A DNA stretch of 64,000 bases from Elusimicrobiota bacterium (GTDB lineage: Bacteria > Elusimicrobiota > Elusimicrobia > F11): NCBI GenBank assembly GCA_044221725.1, contig JBGAON010000001.1, forward strand, positions 736,001 to 800,000, given 5' to 3'. Under the pieces are notes generated by a model. The model did no database searches, had not been told where the DNA came from, and worked only from the letters and a program-made list of their open reading frames with translations. Positions 1 through 10,451 of the stretch are shown one piece after another. The position numbers were made by a program, and so were the translations under genes. Numbering within the stretch: the first letter of the stretch is position 1; every line of letters begins with the position of its first letter.

Positions 1-168
1 GCGATCAAATACTTTAAGCTCGCTGTTGAGAACGATCCGAAAAATGTCGAAGCCTGGAAGGGGCTCGGATTCCTGCTGGAGAAATGCGGGCGCAACCCCG
101 AAGCTCAAATTGCCTACCAACACGCTCTGCAATTGGCGCCGAACGATCCTGATATGAAAAAGAAATGA
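1..168 (+). CDS. 3' end of a TPR-repeat protein (partial)
   Basis: Frame 1 reads AIKYFKLAVENDPKNVEAWKGLGFLLEKCGRNPEAQIAYQHALQLAPND, a TPR pattern; its TGA overlaps the ATG at 165. Confidence 0.8.
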   Translation, partial: AIKYFKLAVENDPKNVEAWKGLGFLLEKCGRNPEAQIAYQHALQLAPNDPDMKKK

Positions 169-2777
169 CGCGCGCCGCGAATCGAGATACCGCTCCGGCA
201 AAAGAGTCGAGTTCGATCTTGATGCGCGTGTCTGTCGCCCTGCTGGCACTCACGCACGCTGCGTGCGCGCTGCTCTTCTACACAAACCTCACGCGCAATC
301 CTTATTACACGCAAATCGCTTTATTAAACGTTGGCATCGCGGCTATTGGAATTTTGTGGGCGATCCATGTTTGGATCAAAGGCGAAATTTCAATTCCACG
401 GTTCTCTTACGAAAAGCCGATGATCGCGTTCTTGCTCGTTGCATTTGCAAGCTCGGTGTGGGCGTGGTGGAAGCATCCGGTTTTGAGGCCCGGAATCGGC
501 TATGAAACCACGCGCGTTTGGATTTTCACGCTCGTGAATTGCCTGATGGCGTTGTACCTGCCTGGAATTTTCACGAAACCACTCGGCAAAAATCCGGTGC
601 GCATTTCCATTTGGACGGACATCGTTTTGTCGATCGGGTGGGGGGCGTTGTGGTTGGGATTTCATGCGAACAAAGATCCCGATCCGAACGCGATTTTTTG
701 GGACAGTTACGGCGGTTTTCTTTGGATTATGGCGGCCGTTTATGTTGTGTTTCGTACGCGGCGCGCGGAAGCGATTGAATTTTTCCATCTCATCTTGTCG
801 ATTGGCTTTCTCGCAAGCATTTACGGTGTCATGCAATACGCGGGCAAAGACATTATCTGGACCAGCTTGGTTGTTCCCTATGGTGGTCGACCCGTTTCGA
901 CGTTCGGAAATCCAAACTTCCTGTCTTCGTACATCATGATGGTGGCGCCGTTGGCCTTTGGACTCGGACTGCGCGCTCAAGGCAAGGAGCGGGTCGGATA
1001 CATGATCGTGGCGTTCGTTGTCACCGTGGCGGTGCTGTGCACGCTCACGCGTTCCTCGTACATCGGGTTGTTTGCTTCTCTGTTGGTGATGGTGGCGCTC
1101 TTGGCATCCATCAATCCGCGAATGGTTTTTAAATTCATTGGAGTTGCGGCCGGCCTGTTTGTTTTTTTAATTGTCGTCTTCCCCAAAACCCCCATTTTTA
1201 CTTCACAATCGCCGTTGCTCCGGTTTACCGAAGTATACGACGCGATAAAGGGTGGCCAAGTCTACGGCCCGTGGCATCAGCGAATTCTTATTTGGTCGTC
1301 GGCGTGGGACATTTTTCATCAAAATTTCTGGGTCGGAAGTGGCTGGGGATGCTTCGAGCTTTTTTATCCGTTCTTCCAAGGGAAATACTTGTTCGCGCCG
1401 GTGATCGGTACGTTGCGCACACACGCAAACAACGCGCACAATATTTTGATGGAAATATGGGCGCAGACCGGAATGCTCGGCGCCGGTTTTTCGCTTTGGT
1501 GGCTTGCGGTCATGGTCGTGAGTGGTTGGAGAATTGTGAAAGACCAAACCGAAGGATTCGCGCGCTTTGTGGCCGCGGGCCTCGTGGCCGCGCTTGTTGG
1601 CATGGTGGTTGATAATTTTTTCGGGAATGTTTCGATTTTCTTTGCGACGCCGGCGTTTTTGTTTTGGTGGTATGCCGGCGCGCTAGAGAATGAAAACGAA
1701 CGCGCCCACGTCGAGACACGCGCATTGAGCACGATGGTGGGGCGTCCCCTGCTGATCTGTTTTGTTTGCTTTTGTTTTGTCGTCATTGTCTATTTCTTTA
1801 AGCGTTGGCAGCAGGAGATTTATTACTTCGACGGATTTCGGTCCGCCAAGATGGGAGATATTCCGAAATCCATTAAATCACTTGAAAAGGCTTACGAGTG
1901 GTTTCCGGGCGAGGTGAACAGCAATTACGAGTGGGGAAATAGTTATGCGACGTACGCGCGCGCGCTGGCGGACAAAGGTTTGAGCGACGAAGCTCTGTCG
2001 TATCGTCAAAAAGCCATTCACGCGTTTGGCGAGGCGTTGCGTGCAAATCCCGGCTACGATGAAATCTATTTTAATCTTGGAGTGATCGAAGGTCAGAACG
2101 GCGACCGCGTGAACGCAATCAGGAATCTCGAAATTAGTTTGTATATCAATCCGATGTTGCGCGACGCGTATGGGGCGCTTGGAAATCTGTACTTGCAAAT
2201 GGGCGATCCCGCGAACGCCGCAAAGGTTTTTGCGAACAGCGTTGATGCCTTTCCGAACGATAAGGATCTCTGGAACAATTTGGGTTATTGCTACAGTCAG
2301 CTGAAGGAAAGCAGGAAGAGTTTTGAAGCCTACAAGCACGCGGTCATGATCGATCCCTCGTTTAATCAAGGCTGGCAAAATCTTGGGCTGGCCGCCCGCA
2401 CGCTCGATGAAAAGAAGGATCCAATTCTGCAAGTCCCCTACTGGATTCAACAAATGGAAGCGGCGGTTGCGAAACGCGATTTTGCGGCGGCGCTTGCGCC
2501 CGCGGAGCGGATTGCCGAAACAATTCCGAACAACGCGGATACCCATTTGTCGCTCGGAAATATTTATTTTTACCAACACAGAAATGATGAAAGTGAAAAG
2601 CAGTTCAAAAGAGCAATCGAGCTGAACCCGCGGTTCGTAATTGCGTATGTTAATCTCGGTCGCCTTTATCAGTTGAGCGGCAAAACGGCCGAAGCGCGCT
2701 CGGAATTTGATAGGGCGCTCGCCATCGATCCCGCGAACAAAGAAGCCAAAGACGCGTTAAATTCCCTCCCGAAATAG
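165..2777 (+). CDS. O-antigen ligase (Wzy_C/WaaL-like) membrane protein with C-terminal TPR repeats
   Basis: Many TM segments; STFGNPN, TLTRSSYIG, GSGWGCF and AHNILMEIWAQTG motifs; about 8 TPR-like repeats at the C-terminus. Confidence 0.85.
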   Translation: MTRAANRDTAPAKESSSILMRVSVALLALTHAACALLFYTNLTRNPYYTQIALLNVGIAAIGILWAIHVWIKGEISIPRFSYEKPMIAFLLVAFASSVWAWWKHPVLRPGIGYETTRVWIFTLVNCLMALYLPGIFTKPLGKNPVRISIWTDIVLSIGWGALWLGFHANKDPDPNAIFWDSYGGFLWIMAAVYVVFRTRRAEAIEFFHLILSIGFLASIYGVMQYAGKDIIWTSLVVPYGGRPVSTFGNPNFLSSYIMMVAPLAFGLGLRAQGKERVGYMIVAFVVTVAVLCTLTRSSYIGLFASLLVMVALLASINPRMVFKFIGVAAGLFVFLIVVFPKTPIFTSQSPLLRFTEVYDAIKGGQVYGPWHQRILIWSSAWDIFHQNFWVGSGWGCFELFYPFFQGKYLFAPVIGTLRTHANNAHNILMEIWAQTGMLGAGFSLWWLAVMVVSGWRIVKDQTEGFARFVAAGLVAALVGMVVDNFFGNVSIFFATPAFLFWWYAGALENENERAHVETRALSTMVGRPLLICFVCFCFVVIVYFFKRWQQEIYYFDGFRSAKMGDIPKSIKSLEKAYEWFPGEVNSNYEWGNSYATYARALADKGLSDEALSYRQKAIHAFGEALRANPGYDEIYFNLGVIEGQNGDRVNAIRNLEISLYINPMLRDAYGALGNLYLQMGDPANAAKVFANSVDAFPNDKDLWNNLGYCYSQLKESRKSFEAYKHAVMIDPSFNQGWQNLGLAARTLDEKKDPILQVPYWIQQMEAAVAKRDFAAALAPAERIAETIPNNADTHLSLGNIYFYQHRNDESEKQFKRAIELNPRFVIAYVNLGRLYQLSGKTAEARSEFDRALAIDPANKEAKDALNSLPK

Positions 2778-2853
2778 TCGCATCCCGCGAGAATTACGTT
2801 TGATACAATCGGCGATCATTTTCCGTCGAAATTAATTCAGGAGTTTTTCCACT

Positions 2854-3612
2854 ATGTCAGGGCATTCCCGCTGGGCTGGTATCAAGCACAAGAAGGCCAT
2901 CATTGATTCAAAACGCGGCAAAGTTTTTACGCGTGTGGCCCGAGAAATCACAATTGCTGCGAAGCAAGGTGGCGGAAAGCCCGACTCCAATCCACGTCTG
3001 CGCAAAGCGATGGAAGACGCGCGGGCGGTGAACATGCCTTCCGAAAATGTGAAGCGCGCGATTCAGCGCGGCACCGGCGAAATCCCAGGCATGGAAATCG
3101 TGGAAACGTCCTATGAAGGTTACGGGCCGGGCGGTGTCGCGGTCTTTATTGAAGCGACGACCGACAACAAAAATCGCACCACGGCAGAGATGCGGCACCT
3201 TTTTTCGGAGCATGGCGGAAGTTTGGGCGAGTCCGGCAGTGTTGCATGGATGTTCGAGCAGAAGGGATATATTACCGTTGAGAAAAAGTCGGCCGATGAA
3301 GAAAAGTTGACGAACCTTGCAATCGAACTTGGCGCCGAAGATATTAAGACCGATGACGATGACGTGTTTGAAATCGTTACCACGCCCGCCGATTTTGAAA
3401 CGATTAAGACAAAACTCACCGAAGCAAAAATTCCGTTGGCCAGCGCCGAAGTCTCTTTGATTCCGAAAAATACCGTTGCGCTGGAAGCCGATCAAGCCAA
3501 GCGTTGCTTGGATCTTATGGACGCGCTGGAGTCGCACGACGATGTAAAAACCGCGAACGCGAATTTTGATATTTCGAAAGAAATTATGGAGAAAGTTTCG
3601 GCGCAGCAATGA
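2854..3612 (+). CDS. yebC: YebC/PmpR family protein
   Basis: MSGHSRWAGIKHKK, YEGYGPGGVA and TDNKNRT motifs; upstream of ruvC; AGGAG RBS. Confidence 0.95.
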   Translation: MSGHSRWAGIKHKKAIIDSKRGKVFTRVAREITIAAKQGGGKPDSNPRLRKAMEDARAVNMPSENVKRAIQRGTGEIPGMEIVETSYEGYGPGGVAVFIEATTDNKNRTTAEMRHLFSEHGGSLGESGSVAWMFEQKGYITVEKKSADEEKLTNLAIELGAEDIKTDDDDVFEIVTTPADFETIKTKLTEAKIPLASAEVSLIPKNTVALEADQAKRCLDLMDALESHDDVKTANANFDISKEIMEKVSAQQ

Positions 3613-4106
3613 GAATTCTCGGGCTCGATCCGGGTTTGGCGCTTTTGGGTTGGAGTGTGGTTGATGTTTCGGCCGGTGGTCACTCTCTCGCAGCGTTTGG
3701 TGTGGTTGAGACCGAAGCGCACACGCCGTTAACAAAACGGCTCGGCCAGATTTACGATGATCTCCACACCTTGTTTGGTCGACACCGGCCCGACGCGGTC
3801 GCTATCGAAACACTTTTTTTTGTGAAGAACGCAAAGACGCTTGCGCAGGTCGGACACACGCGCGGTGTAATTTTGCTGACGGCGGGGCAAAATGGTGTTC
3901 AAGTGTTTGAATACGCGCCCCGGCAAATAAAGATGGCGCTCACCGGTTTCGGTGGCGCCGAGAAAAGACAGATGCAAGCGATGGTGCAGCGCATGCTGAA
4001 TCTCAATGACATTCCCAAACCCGATGACGCGGCCGACGCGGTGGCCGTGGCGCTCTGCCATTCGCAATACGCGCAGACGCTCGGAAAATCGGCGGTTACC
4101 GTATGA
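3609..4106 (+). CDS. ruvC: Holliday junction resolvase
   Basis: ILGLDPGLA, IETLFF and KPDDAADAVAVALCH motifs. Confidence 0.95.
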   Translation: MRILGLDPGLALLGWSVVDVSAGGHSLAAFGVVETEAHTPLTKRLGQIYDDLHTLFGRHRPDAVAIETLFFVKNAKTLAQVGHTRGVILLTAGQNGVQVFEYAPRQIKMALTGFGGAEKRQMQAMVQRMLNLNDIPKPDDAADAVAVALCHSQYAQTLGKSAVTV

Positions 4107-4111
4107 CCGAT

Positions 4112-4198
4112 TTCGTCATCCCGGCAAGTCTTAAGCGACGATCCAATTTAACCGAAAGTAAAAGTGGGCCCTGGATAGAGACATTCCAGGGCGACGGC
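4112..4198. repeat. REP/RPE-like composite palindrome, family A copy 1
   Basis: 4165-4198 is the exact 34-bp reverse complement of 51204-51237; the left arm resembles the reverse complement of 51245-51278. Confidence 0.85.
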
Positions 4199-4203
4199 CG
4201 TTT

Positions 4204-4836
4204 ATGATCGCGCAGTTGAGAGGCAACGTCATCGAGACCGGTATTGAGAAGGATACTTTTCGTGTTGTGCTCGACGTGAACGGTGTCGGCTACGAAATTT
4301 TCATGGCGCGTTCCACCGAAGGCCGCATCGTGGACGGCCAGTTGGCCACAATTTTGATCAGTGAATCGGTGACCGCGTTCGATGGCGCGACCACGTTGTA
4401 CGGCTTTGCCACACGCGAGGAAAAAGATTTCTTCTGGCGTATTCGTGAGAACGTGGACGGAATGGGACCCAAGAAAGCGCTCGAAGTGTTGGACAAGATC
4501 AGCAAATCCATGCCCGACTTCAAGCGTGCGATCATTGACGGCGATGTGCGTTTGCTCGTGTCGGTTTTTGGATTTACAAAGAAGACCGCCGAGAAGCTTG
4601 TGTTCGCTTTGAAAGGCAAAGCCGATGGTTGGACCGTGCAGGGCCCGGTAAAATGGCAAGAAGCCGCGCAGCGGCCGCAAGAGTTTGATGCGCTCACCGG
4701 TCTCGTGAATCTCGGCTATGACGAAGCCGAAGCGCGCGCATTGTTGCAAAAGGCAAAAACCAACGTCGGCGGCGAAGCGACCACAGAAAAATTATTAAAA
4801 GAAGCGCTGCGGCTTGTCGCCGGAAAACTTTCATGA
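4204..4836 (+). CDS. ruvA: Holliday junction branch migration protein
   Basis: [28 protein letters not shown] and [10 protein letters not shown] motifs. Confidence 0.93.
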   Translation: MIAQLRGNVIETGIEKDTFRVVLDVNGVGYEIFMARSTEGRIVDGQLATILISESVTAFDGATTLYGFATREEKDFFWRIRENVDGMGPKKALEVLDKISKSMPDFKRAIIDGDVRLLVSVFGFTKKTAEKLVFALKGKADGWTVQGPVKWQEAAQRPQEFDALTGLVNLGYDEAEARALLQKAKTNVGGEATTEKLLKEALRLVAGKLS

Positions 4837-5879
4837 CGATCATCGATAAGTCCACGCGCACCATTGTGAGCCCGCAAGCGGAGACGGGCGAAGACCGTGT
4901 TGATCAAAGTCTCCGGCCGAGCACGCTCGATCAATTTATCGGCCAAGAGAAACTCAAAAAAAATCTCCGCGTATTTTTGAAAGCCGCAAAAGATCGTCGC
5001 GAGCCGTTGGACCACGTGTTGTTTTGTGCGGCGCCCGGCCTTGGGAAAACAACGCTCGCTTCGATCATCGCGAAAGAAATGAACGTCAGCTTGCGTCAAA
5101 CCTCGGGGCCGGTTCTGGGCCGTGTCGGTGATTTGGCGGCGGTGCTGACCTCGCTCAACGAAGGCGACGTGTTTTTTATTGACGAGATCCATCGGTTGAA
5201 CCGCGCTGTCGAAGAAGCGCTTTATCCAGCGCTCGAAGATTTCCAGTTGGACATTGTCGTGGGCCAAGGGCCGTCGGCCAAAACGCTCAAGTTGCCGATA
5301 CCCAAATTTACGCTCGTGGGTGCCACCACGCGATCCGGTTTGCTCACGAGCCCGTTGCGCGACCGCTTCGGCATCGTTTCTTATCTCGAATTTTACGAGC
5401 CCGCCGATATTGGGCGAATCATCGAGCGCTCGGCCGAAATTCTAAAAGTAAAAATCGAAGCCGATGCGTGCCTGGAGATCGCCAAGCGCTCACGCGGTAC
5501 ACCGCGTATCGCGAACCGATTGTTGCGCCGCGTGCGCGATTTCGCGCAAGTAGCGAACGGTGTGGTCACTCTGTCGGTCGCCAAAGAGGCGCTCGCCGCG
5601 CTCGAAGTGGACGAAATTGGTCTCGACCGCATGGACCGCAAAATTTTGCTCACGATTATTGAGAAGTTTGGTGGTGGTCCCGTCGGACTGGATACCGTGT
5701 CGGTTGCCGTCAGTGAAGAACGCGAAACTGTTGAAGATGTTTACGAGCCGTTCCTGATCAAAGCTGGCCTGCTCGCGCGCACGCCGCGCGGCCGCGTGGT
5801 GACACCCTCTGCTTACGAACACTTCGGCAAAAAAGCGCCCGCCTCGAAAATAAACGACGCCTCTCTGTTTGAGAATTGA
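4833..5879 (+). CDS. ruvB: Holliday junction branch migration helicase
   Basis: [32 protein letters not shown] and [11 protein letters not shown] motifs. Confidence 0.97.
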   Translation: MTIIDKSTRTIVSPQAETGEDRVDQSLRPSTLDQFIGQEKLKKNLRVFLKAAKDRREPLDHVLFCAAPGLGKTTLASIIAKEMNVSLRQTSGPVLGRVGDLAAVLTSLNEGDVFFIDEIHRLNRAVEEALYPALEDFQLDIVVGQGPSAKTLKLPIPKFTLVGATTRSGLLTSPLRDRFGIVSYLEFYEPADIGRIIERSAEILKVKIEADACLEIAKRSRGTPRIANRLLRRVRDFAQVANGVVTLSVAKEALAALEVDEIGLDRMDRKILLTIIEKFGGGPVGLDTVSVAVSEERETVEDVYEPFLIKAGLLARTPRGRVVTPSAYEHFGKKAPASKINDASLFEN

Positions 5880-7084
5880 TGTTTAGAACGTGGCTCCCGG
5901 GGCTTGCCGGGGCGATGCTGCTTTGTTCCGCGTGTCATCCGCCGCGAACGCCCGAGGTTCGTCGCCCGCTCGAGATCGAAGGGAAGGTAAAAGAACCGCC
6001 GATCAAAGCGCCGGCAAACGAAATCGTTCGTGTCGGCCTCCGCGTCGAAGAAACCGAAGTATCGGTGGGATGCTTGGGAGCGATTGAGGCGGTTGATTTG
6101 GTCAGTCGAAACAAAGAAACGTGGCCGCCCGGCCGTTATGTGTTCACCGCAAAAAAAGGGACTTTGTACTTGGACGGGTCCGCCAAAGGAACAAAGTGGC
6201 GACTGAATTCGGATGACCGTGAGAAATTTTTGCATTCTGGAAATAACGAATATCGTGGCGAGCTTGTTGTGCGCGTGGCCGGTGAGAACAAGGTGACCGT
6301 TGTGAATGAATTGTCCATCGATGATTATTTAAAGGGTGTGTTGCCCCGCGAAGTGGTGGTGACCTGGCCCGATGAGGCGCTTAAAGTGCAAGCGGTCGCG
6401 AGCCGAACGTATTTGGCATCGCATCTGGGCAGTCACGCGGCGCAAGGATTTGATTTATGTTCCGATGTGCATTGCCAAGTGTACGGCGGCAGAGGAAAAG
6501 AACATCCGAGCTCAAACGCGGCCGTGGAAGGAACGAGCGATGAGGTTATCGTTTATGAAGGAAAGCCGATCGGAGCCTACTTTCATTCGAACTGCGGTGG
6601 TACCACCGAAAAAATTGGTCCCGTGTGGGGGCAGACCGACAAACCGTATTTGCCGCGAAAGAAATGTTCGTTCGGTACCGCTGATCCGCGCTATCACTGG
6701 AATATCACGTTCGCGAACGCCGATATGCTTCAGATCTTAAAAGCAAAAACAAAAGTGACGGGCTCCAAATTGAAATCGGTTCGAATCGCGCAAAAGAGTC
6801 CGTCCGGGCGTGCGCAGACAATGGCGGTGGTCACCGACAAAGGAACGTTTCATTTGAGCGGGAACGAATTTCGCATTGCGCTGAACCCAGAGAAAATTCG
6901 CAGCACGCTGTTCACAAAGATCCAAGCGCATTCGGCGGCAACGACGTTTGCTGGTATGGGATGGGGGCACGGCGTTGGAATGTGTCAGTGGGGTGCGAAA
7001 GGCCAGGCCGAACAGGGCAAGGATTATCGCGATATTTTGGCGTTCTATTATCCGCACACCGAGATTAAGAAATGGAGTCGATAG
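5879..7084 (+). CDS. SpoIID/LytB domain protein (lytic transglycosylase-like), possible lipoprotein
   Basis: YLKGVLPRE, EALKVQAVASRTY, CQVY and GWGHGVGMCQWGA motifs; N-terminal LLCSAC. Confidence 0.9.
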   Translation: MFRTWLPGLAGAMLLCSACHPPRTPEVRRPLEIEGKVKEPPIKAPANEIVRVGLRVEETEVSVGCLGAIEAVDLVSRNKETWPPGRYVFTAKKGTLYLDGSAKGTKWRLNSDDREKFLHSGNNEYRGELVVRVAGENKVTVVNELSIDDYLKGVLPREVVVTWPDEALKVQAVASRTYLASHLGSHAAQGFDLCSDVHCQVYGGRGKEHPSSNAAVEGTSDEVIVYEGKPIGAYFHSNCGGTTEKIGPVWGQTDKPYLPRKKCSFGTADPRYHWNITFANADMLQILKAKTKVTGSKLKSVRIAQKSPSGRAQTMAVVTDKGTFHLSGNEFRIALNPEKIRSTLFTKIQAHSAATTFAGMGWGHGVGMCQWGAKGQAEQGKDYRDILAFYYPHTEIKKWSR

Positions 7085-8262
7085 AGATTAAAGACCGGGC
7101 GGCCGCGCAGCTATCGCGCGGTGTGTCGTGGATTTTTTCAAACGAAATCTACAAGCGTCCGGTGAACCTCAAACCGGGAACGTGGTGCACGTTTCATTGC
7201 CGTTCGAAGATTATTGCAACCGGTTACGCGAACCCGCATTCGCTTATTTTTGGACGCGCGGTGGCGTTGGGCGCGCGCGAAGATATCACGGAGCTTCTAC
7301 GCGAACGGTTGCAAGACGCGTTTGCGCAGCGGTTGTTACTTAAAGCTGACGGTGCCGCCCGGTTGGTTTTTTCTGAGGGTGATTTTATTCCGGGCCTTGT
7401 GATTGACGTGTACGGGGATTTTGCGGTCTTGCAATCGAACACGGCGGGTATCGACACGGTGCTTCCCGAACTCGAACAGCTGGTGCCCGAAATTTACGAA
7501 GCGACGACGGGGCGACCGTTAAAAGGATTTATCGTGAAGGCTGACTCGGCGGTTCGTGAACTCGAACACATAAAAGAGTTTAAGACGATCGTGAGCGGCG
7601 CCGAAAAAGATTTTGAAAGTGTGTCTTTCGTCGAAGGTCGTGCGCGTTTCGCGGCCAATTTGATTGATGGACAGAAAACGGGTTTTTTTCTCGACCAAAA
7701 AGACAACCGAAACTATTTGGCGGGACTTATTAACGGCGCGGGACAACGCGTGCTGGATTTGTGTTGCTATTCCGGTGGTTGGGGCCTGCGCGCGTTGGTT
7801 AACGGCGCCGAACACGTGACGTTTGTGGACGATAGCGCGCCGGCCCTCAAGCTTGTGAAGCGTGGCTTGGAATTGAACACACTTGACTCGGCGCGCGCGA
7901 GCCTGGTCGATTCCGACGTTTTTGAATTTCTCGAGAAAGATACGAACATGTACGACATTGTCGTTGCCGATCCGCCGGCGTTCGTGAAATCAAAAAAACA
8001 TTTGGTTACCGGTATGAAAGCCTATGAGAAGTTAAACCGGCTCGCGTGGCAGCGCCTCCGGCCGGGCGGAATTCTCATCACTTGCAGTTGCAGTTACCAT
8101 TTGTCGGACGCCGACTTCCTCGATATCGTGAAAACAGCGGTGGCCAAAGAAAAAGGTATCGCGCGTGTCGCCTTTCGAGGCGGTCAAGCGGCGGATCATC
8201 CTGTGCTGCTCGCCATGCCCGAAACACGGTACCTGAAATGCCTCGGCCTGCAGAAGATATAA
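7072..8262 (+). CDS. rlmI: RlmI/RlmK-family SAM-dependent rRNA methyltransferase
   Basis: SEGDFIPGLVID, GQKTGFFLDQ, VLDLCCYSGG, DPPAF and TCSCS motifs. Confidence 0.88.
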   Translation: MESIEIKDRAAAQLSRGVSWIFSNEIYKRPVNLKPGTWCTFHCRSKIIATGYANPHSLIFGRAVALGAREDITELLRERLQDAFAQRLLLKADGAARLVFSEGDFIPGLVIDVYGDFAVLQSNTAGIDTVLPELEQLVPEIYEATTGRPLKGFIVKADSAVRELEHIKEFKTIVSGAEKDFESVSFVEGRARFAANLIDGQKTGFFLDQKDNRNYLAGLINGAGQRVLDLCCYSGGWGLRALVNGAEHVTFVDDSAPALKLVKRGLELNTLDSARASLVDSDVFEFLEKDTNMYDIVVADPPAFVKSKKHLVTGMKAYEKLNRLAWQRLRPGGILITCSCSYHLSDADFLDIVKTAVAKEKGIARVAFRGGQAADHPVLLAMPETRYLKCLGLQKI

Positions 8263-8277
8263 GCGCCCCCGTTTCTC

Positions 8278-9306
8278 ATGACCCGTTTTCGAATTGATCC
8301 CGACACGCTTGATTTCGCGCTTTCCGAAAACCTCATTGCGCAGACGCCGGCCAAGCAACGGGATCACGCGCGCTTAATGGTTCTGCATCGTAACACGGGC
8401 GCCATCGAACATCGCATCTTCTCGGACATCATCGATTATTTGAACGCGGGGGATGTTCTCGTCATCAACAAGGCGAAGGTAAGCCGTGCGAAATTGGCCG
8501 GGCAAAAATCGTCGGGCGGCAAAGTCGAAGTTATTTTTCTGGAACGGATCAACAACAACGCCCATTGGAAAGCGCTGGTGCGGCCGTTTGTGAAGACCGA
8601 TGCCGAAATAAAGTTGGGCGATAAGCTGACGGTGGCGGTGAAAAGTCGTTTTGAATCGGGCGAATATCTTCTTGAAACAAAATCGGGCGATGTTGAACAG
8701 GCGCTCACGCACGATGGGAAATTGCCGCTTCCTCCTTATATTAAGCGGGCCGCGAACGATCCGTTGACCGCGCTCGACGAGAACGAATATCAAACGGTTT
8801 ACGCGAGCACGGAGGGCTCGGTCGCCGCGCCGACCGCGGGCCTGCACTTCTCAGAAGCGCTGCTCGAAAAGATCAAAAAGAAAGGTGTTCGCGTGGTCGA
8901 CGTTCTGCTGCACGTGGGGTGGGGAACTTTCAAGCCCATCACAGAATCGGTGCGCTCGCACAAAATGCTCGGTGAAAAATACGAAGTAAGCGCCGAAACA
9001 TTGAACGAATTAACATCAGCAAAACGGGAGGGACGCCGAATTGTCGCGGTCGGTACAACGTCCACCCGCACGCTCGAATCGCTGGAAAAGGGGGCGACCG
9101 GGGAAACGTCGCTGTTTATTCAGCCTGGATTTCAGTTTAAATGGGTGAACGCGCTCATTACCAATTTGCATGTTCCGCGGTCCACGCCGGTGTCGCTCAC
9201 GGCCGCGTTCGCCGGACTTCACAATTTGGAAAAAGCCTACGAGGTTGCAATCGCGGAGAACTATCGTTTCTTTTCGTACGGCGACGCGATGATGGTGCTG
9301 GAATGA
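8278..9306 (+). CDS. queA: S-adenosylmethionine:tRNA ribosyltransferase-isomerase
   Basis: LIAQTP, PLPPYI, YQTVYA, SVAAPTAGLHF and YRFFSYGDAM motifs. Confidence 0.96.
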   Translation: MTRFRIDPDTLDFALSENLIAQTPAKQRDHARLMVLHRNTGAIEHRIFSDIIDYLNAGDVLVINKAKVSRAKLAGQKSSGGKVEVIFLERINNNAHWKALVRPFVKTDAEIKLGDKLTVAVKSRFESGEYLLETKSGDVEQALTHDGKLPLPPYIKRAANDPLTALDENEYQTVYASTEGSVAAPTAGLHFSEALLEKIKKKGVRVVDVLLHVGWGTFKPITESVRSHKMLGEKYEVSAETLNELTSAKREGRRIVAVGTTSTRTLESLEKGATGETSLFIQPGFQFKWVNALITNLHVPRSTPVSLTAAFAGLHNLEKAYEVAIAENYRFFSYGDAMMVLE

Positions 9307-10451
9307 CGATTTTTTCGATTTCGCATCGAGACGCTGGTTCAAAAGCGCGCGCTGGCGTTCTGCAAACTGCGCACGGTTCGATTGAGACGCCCGTGTTCAT
9401 GCCCGTCGGCACACAAGGTACCGTGAAAACCATGGGATCCGAGGATATGGAGCGCATGGCGTGCAAAATATTGCTGGGCAACACGTACCACCTTTTTCTG
9501 CGGCCCGGGTTGGACACGCTGCTAAAAGCCGGCGGTCTTCACAAATTTATGGGTTGGCCCGGCGCGATTCTTACCGATTCGGGCGGCTATCAAGTTTTTT
9601 CGCTCGCGTCGCGTTGCAAGGTGAGCGAACAGAGCGTGGAGTTTCATTCGCACGTCGATGGCCAGAAGCGGGTTCTCTCCCCGGAGTCGGCCACGGAATT
9701 TCAACTAAAGATCGGTGCGGACATAGCGATGTGTTTGGACGAACTGCCGCCGTATCCGTCGCTCAGATCCGATGCTGAGGCGAGCATGGAAAAGACGTTG
9801 CGTTGGGCGCGACGTTGCAAAGAAACGTATCTTCCTTTTGCTGTGGGAGACCGCGTTCCGCTCTTGTTTGGAATTACACAAGGAGCGAACTTTCCAGATT
9901 TGCGCCGGGAGTCGGCCAAGCGAACCGTGGAAATTGATTTGCCGGGGTACGCGATCGGAGGATTGGGCGTTGGGGAAACGAAAGAAGAGATGTGGGCGTT
10001 TCTTGAGGCAAGTGTGGAACCGCTTCCGTACGACAAACCGCGCTACATGATGGGAATCGGGCAACCCGAAGATATGTGGGAGGGTGTTGAACGCGGTGTC
10101 GACATGTTTGACTGTGTGCTCCCCACGCGCAATGGCCGAAACGGGCAGGCGTTCACGTCGGTTGGAAAAGTGAATGTTCCGAACTCTGTCTATCGTGAAG
10201 ATTTTTCGCCGCTCGACTCCGCTTGTGCCTGCGAAACCTGCACGCGTTACACGCGCGCTTATCTGTGTCATTTGTTTCGGGCCGGGGAATTGTTGGGTCC
10301 ACGGCTCGTAACTTTACACAATTTGACCTTTATGTTAGGGTTGCTTCGCACCATCCGCAACGCCATTATTCATGGAAATTTCCGAGAAGAAAAAGAAAAA
10401 TTCCTCTCTAGTTATCGCGCTCTCCCTGCTGTTCATCGCGGCCGGGATTGA
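9303..10451 (+). CDS. tgt: tRNA guanine(34) transglycosylase
   Basis: TPVFMPVGT, NTYHL, LTDSGGYQ, DMFDCVLPTR and a Zn-binding CxCxxC; start set at the ATG overlapping the queA stop. Confidence 0.96.
   Translation: MTIFSISHRDAGSKARAGVLQTAHGSIETPVFMPVGTQGTVKTMGSEDMERMACKILLGNTYHLFLRPGLDTLLKAGGLHKFMGWPGAILTDSGGYQVFSLASRCKVSEQSVEFHSHVDGQKRVLSPESATEFQLKIGADIAMCLDELPPYPSLRSDAEASMEKTLRWARRCKETYLPFAVGDRVPLLFGITQGANFPDLRRESAKRTVEIDLPGYAIGGLGVGETKEEMWAFLEASVEPLPYDKPRYMMGIGQPEDMWEGVERGVDMFDCVLPTRNGRNGQAFTSVGKVNVPNSVYREDFSPLDSACACETCTRYTRAYLCHLFRAGELLGPRLVTLHNLTFMLGLLRTIRNAIIHGNFREEKEKFLSSYRALPAVHRGRD

Noticed and set aside
2801..2809. TGaTACAAT extended -10 upstream of yebC
   Set aside because: Plausible, but there is no supporting -35 or other evidence
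5020..5055. RuvB P-loop reads [10 protein letters not shown] instead of GPPGLGKTT
   Set aside because: The catalytic GKT and the other motifs are intact; probably neutral variation
9141..9302. N-terminal extensions in the ORF track for tgt, secF, rfaE1, kdsC, ptsN, lepA, hemW and dnaG
   Set aside because: Most overlap upstream genes, and downstream starts fit family N-termini and RBS or coupling better
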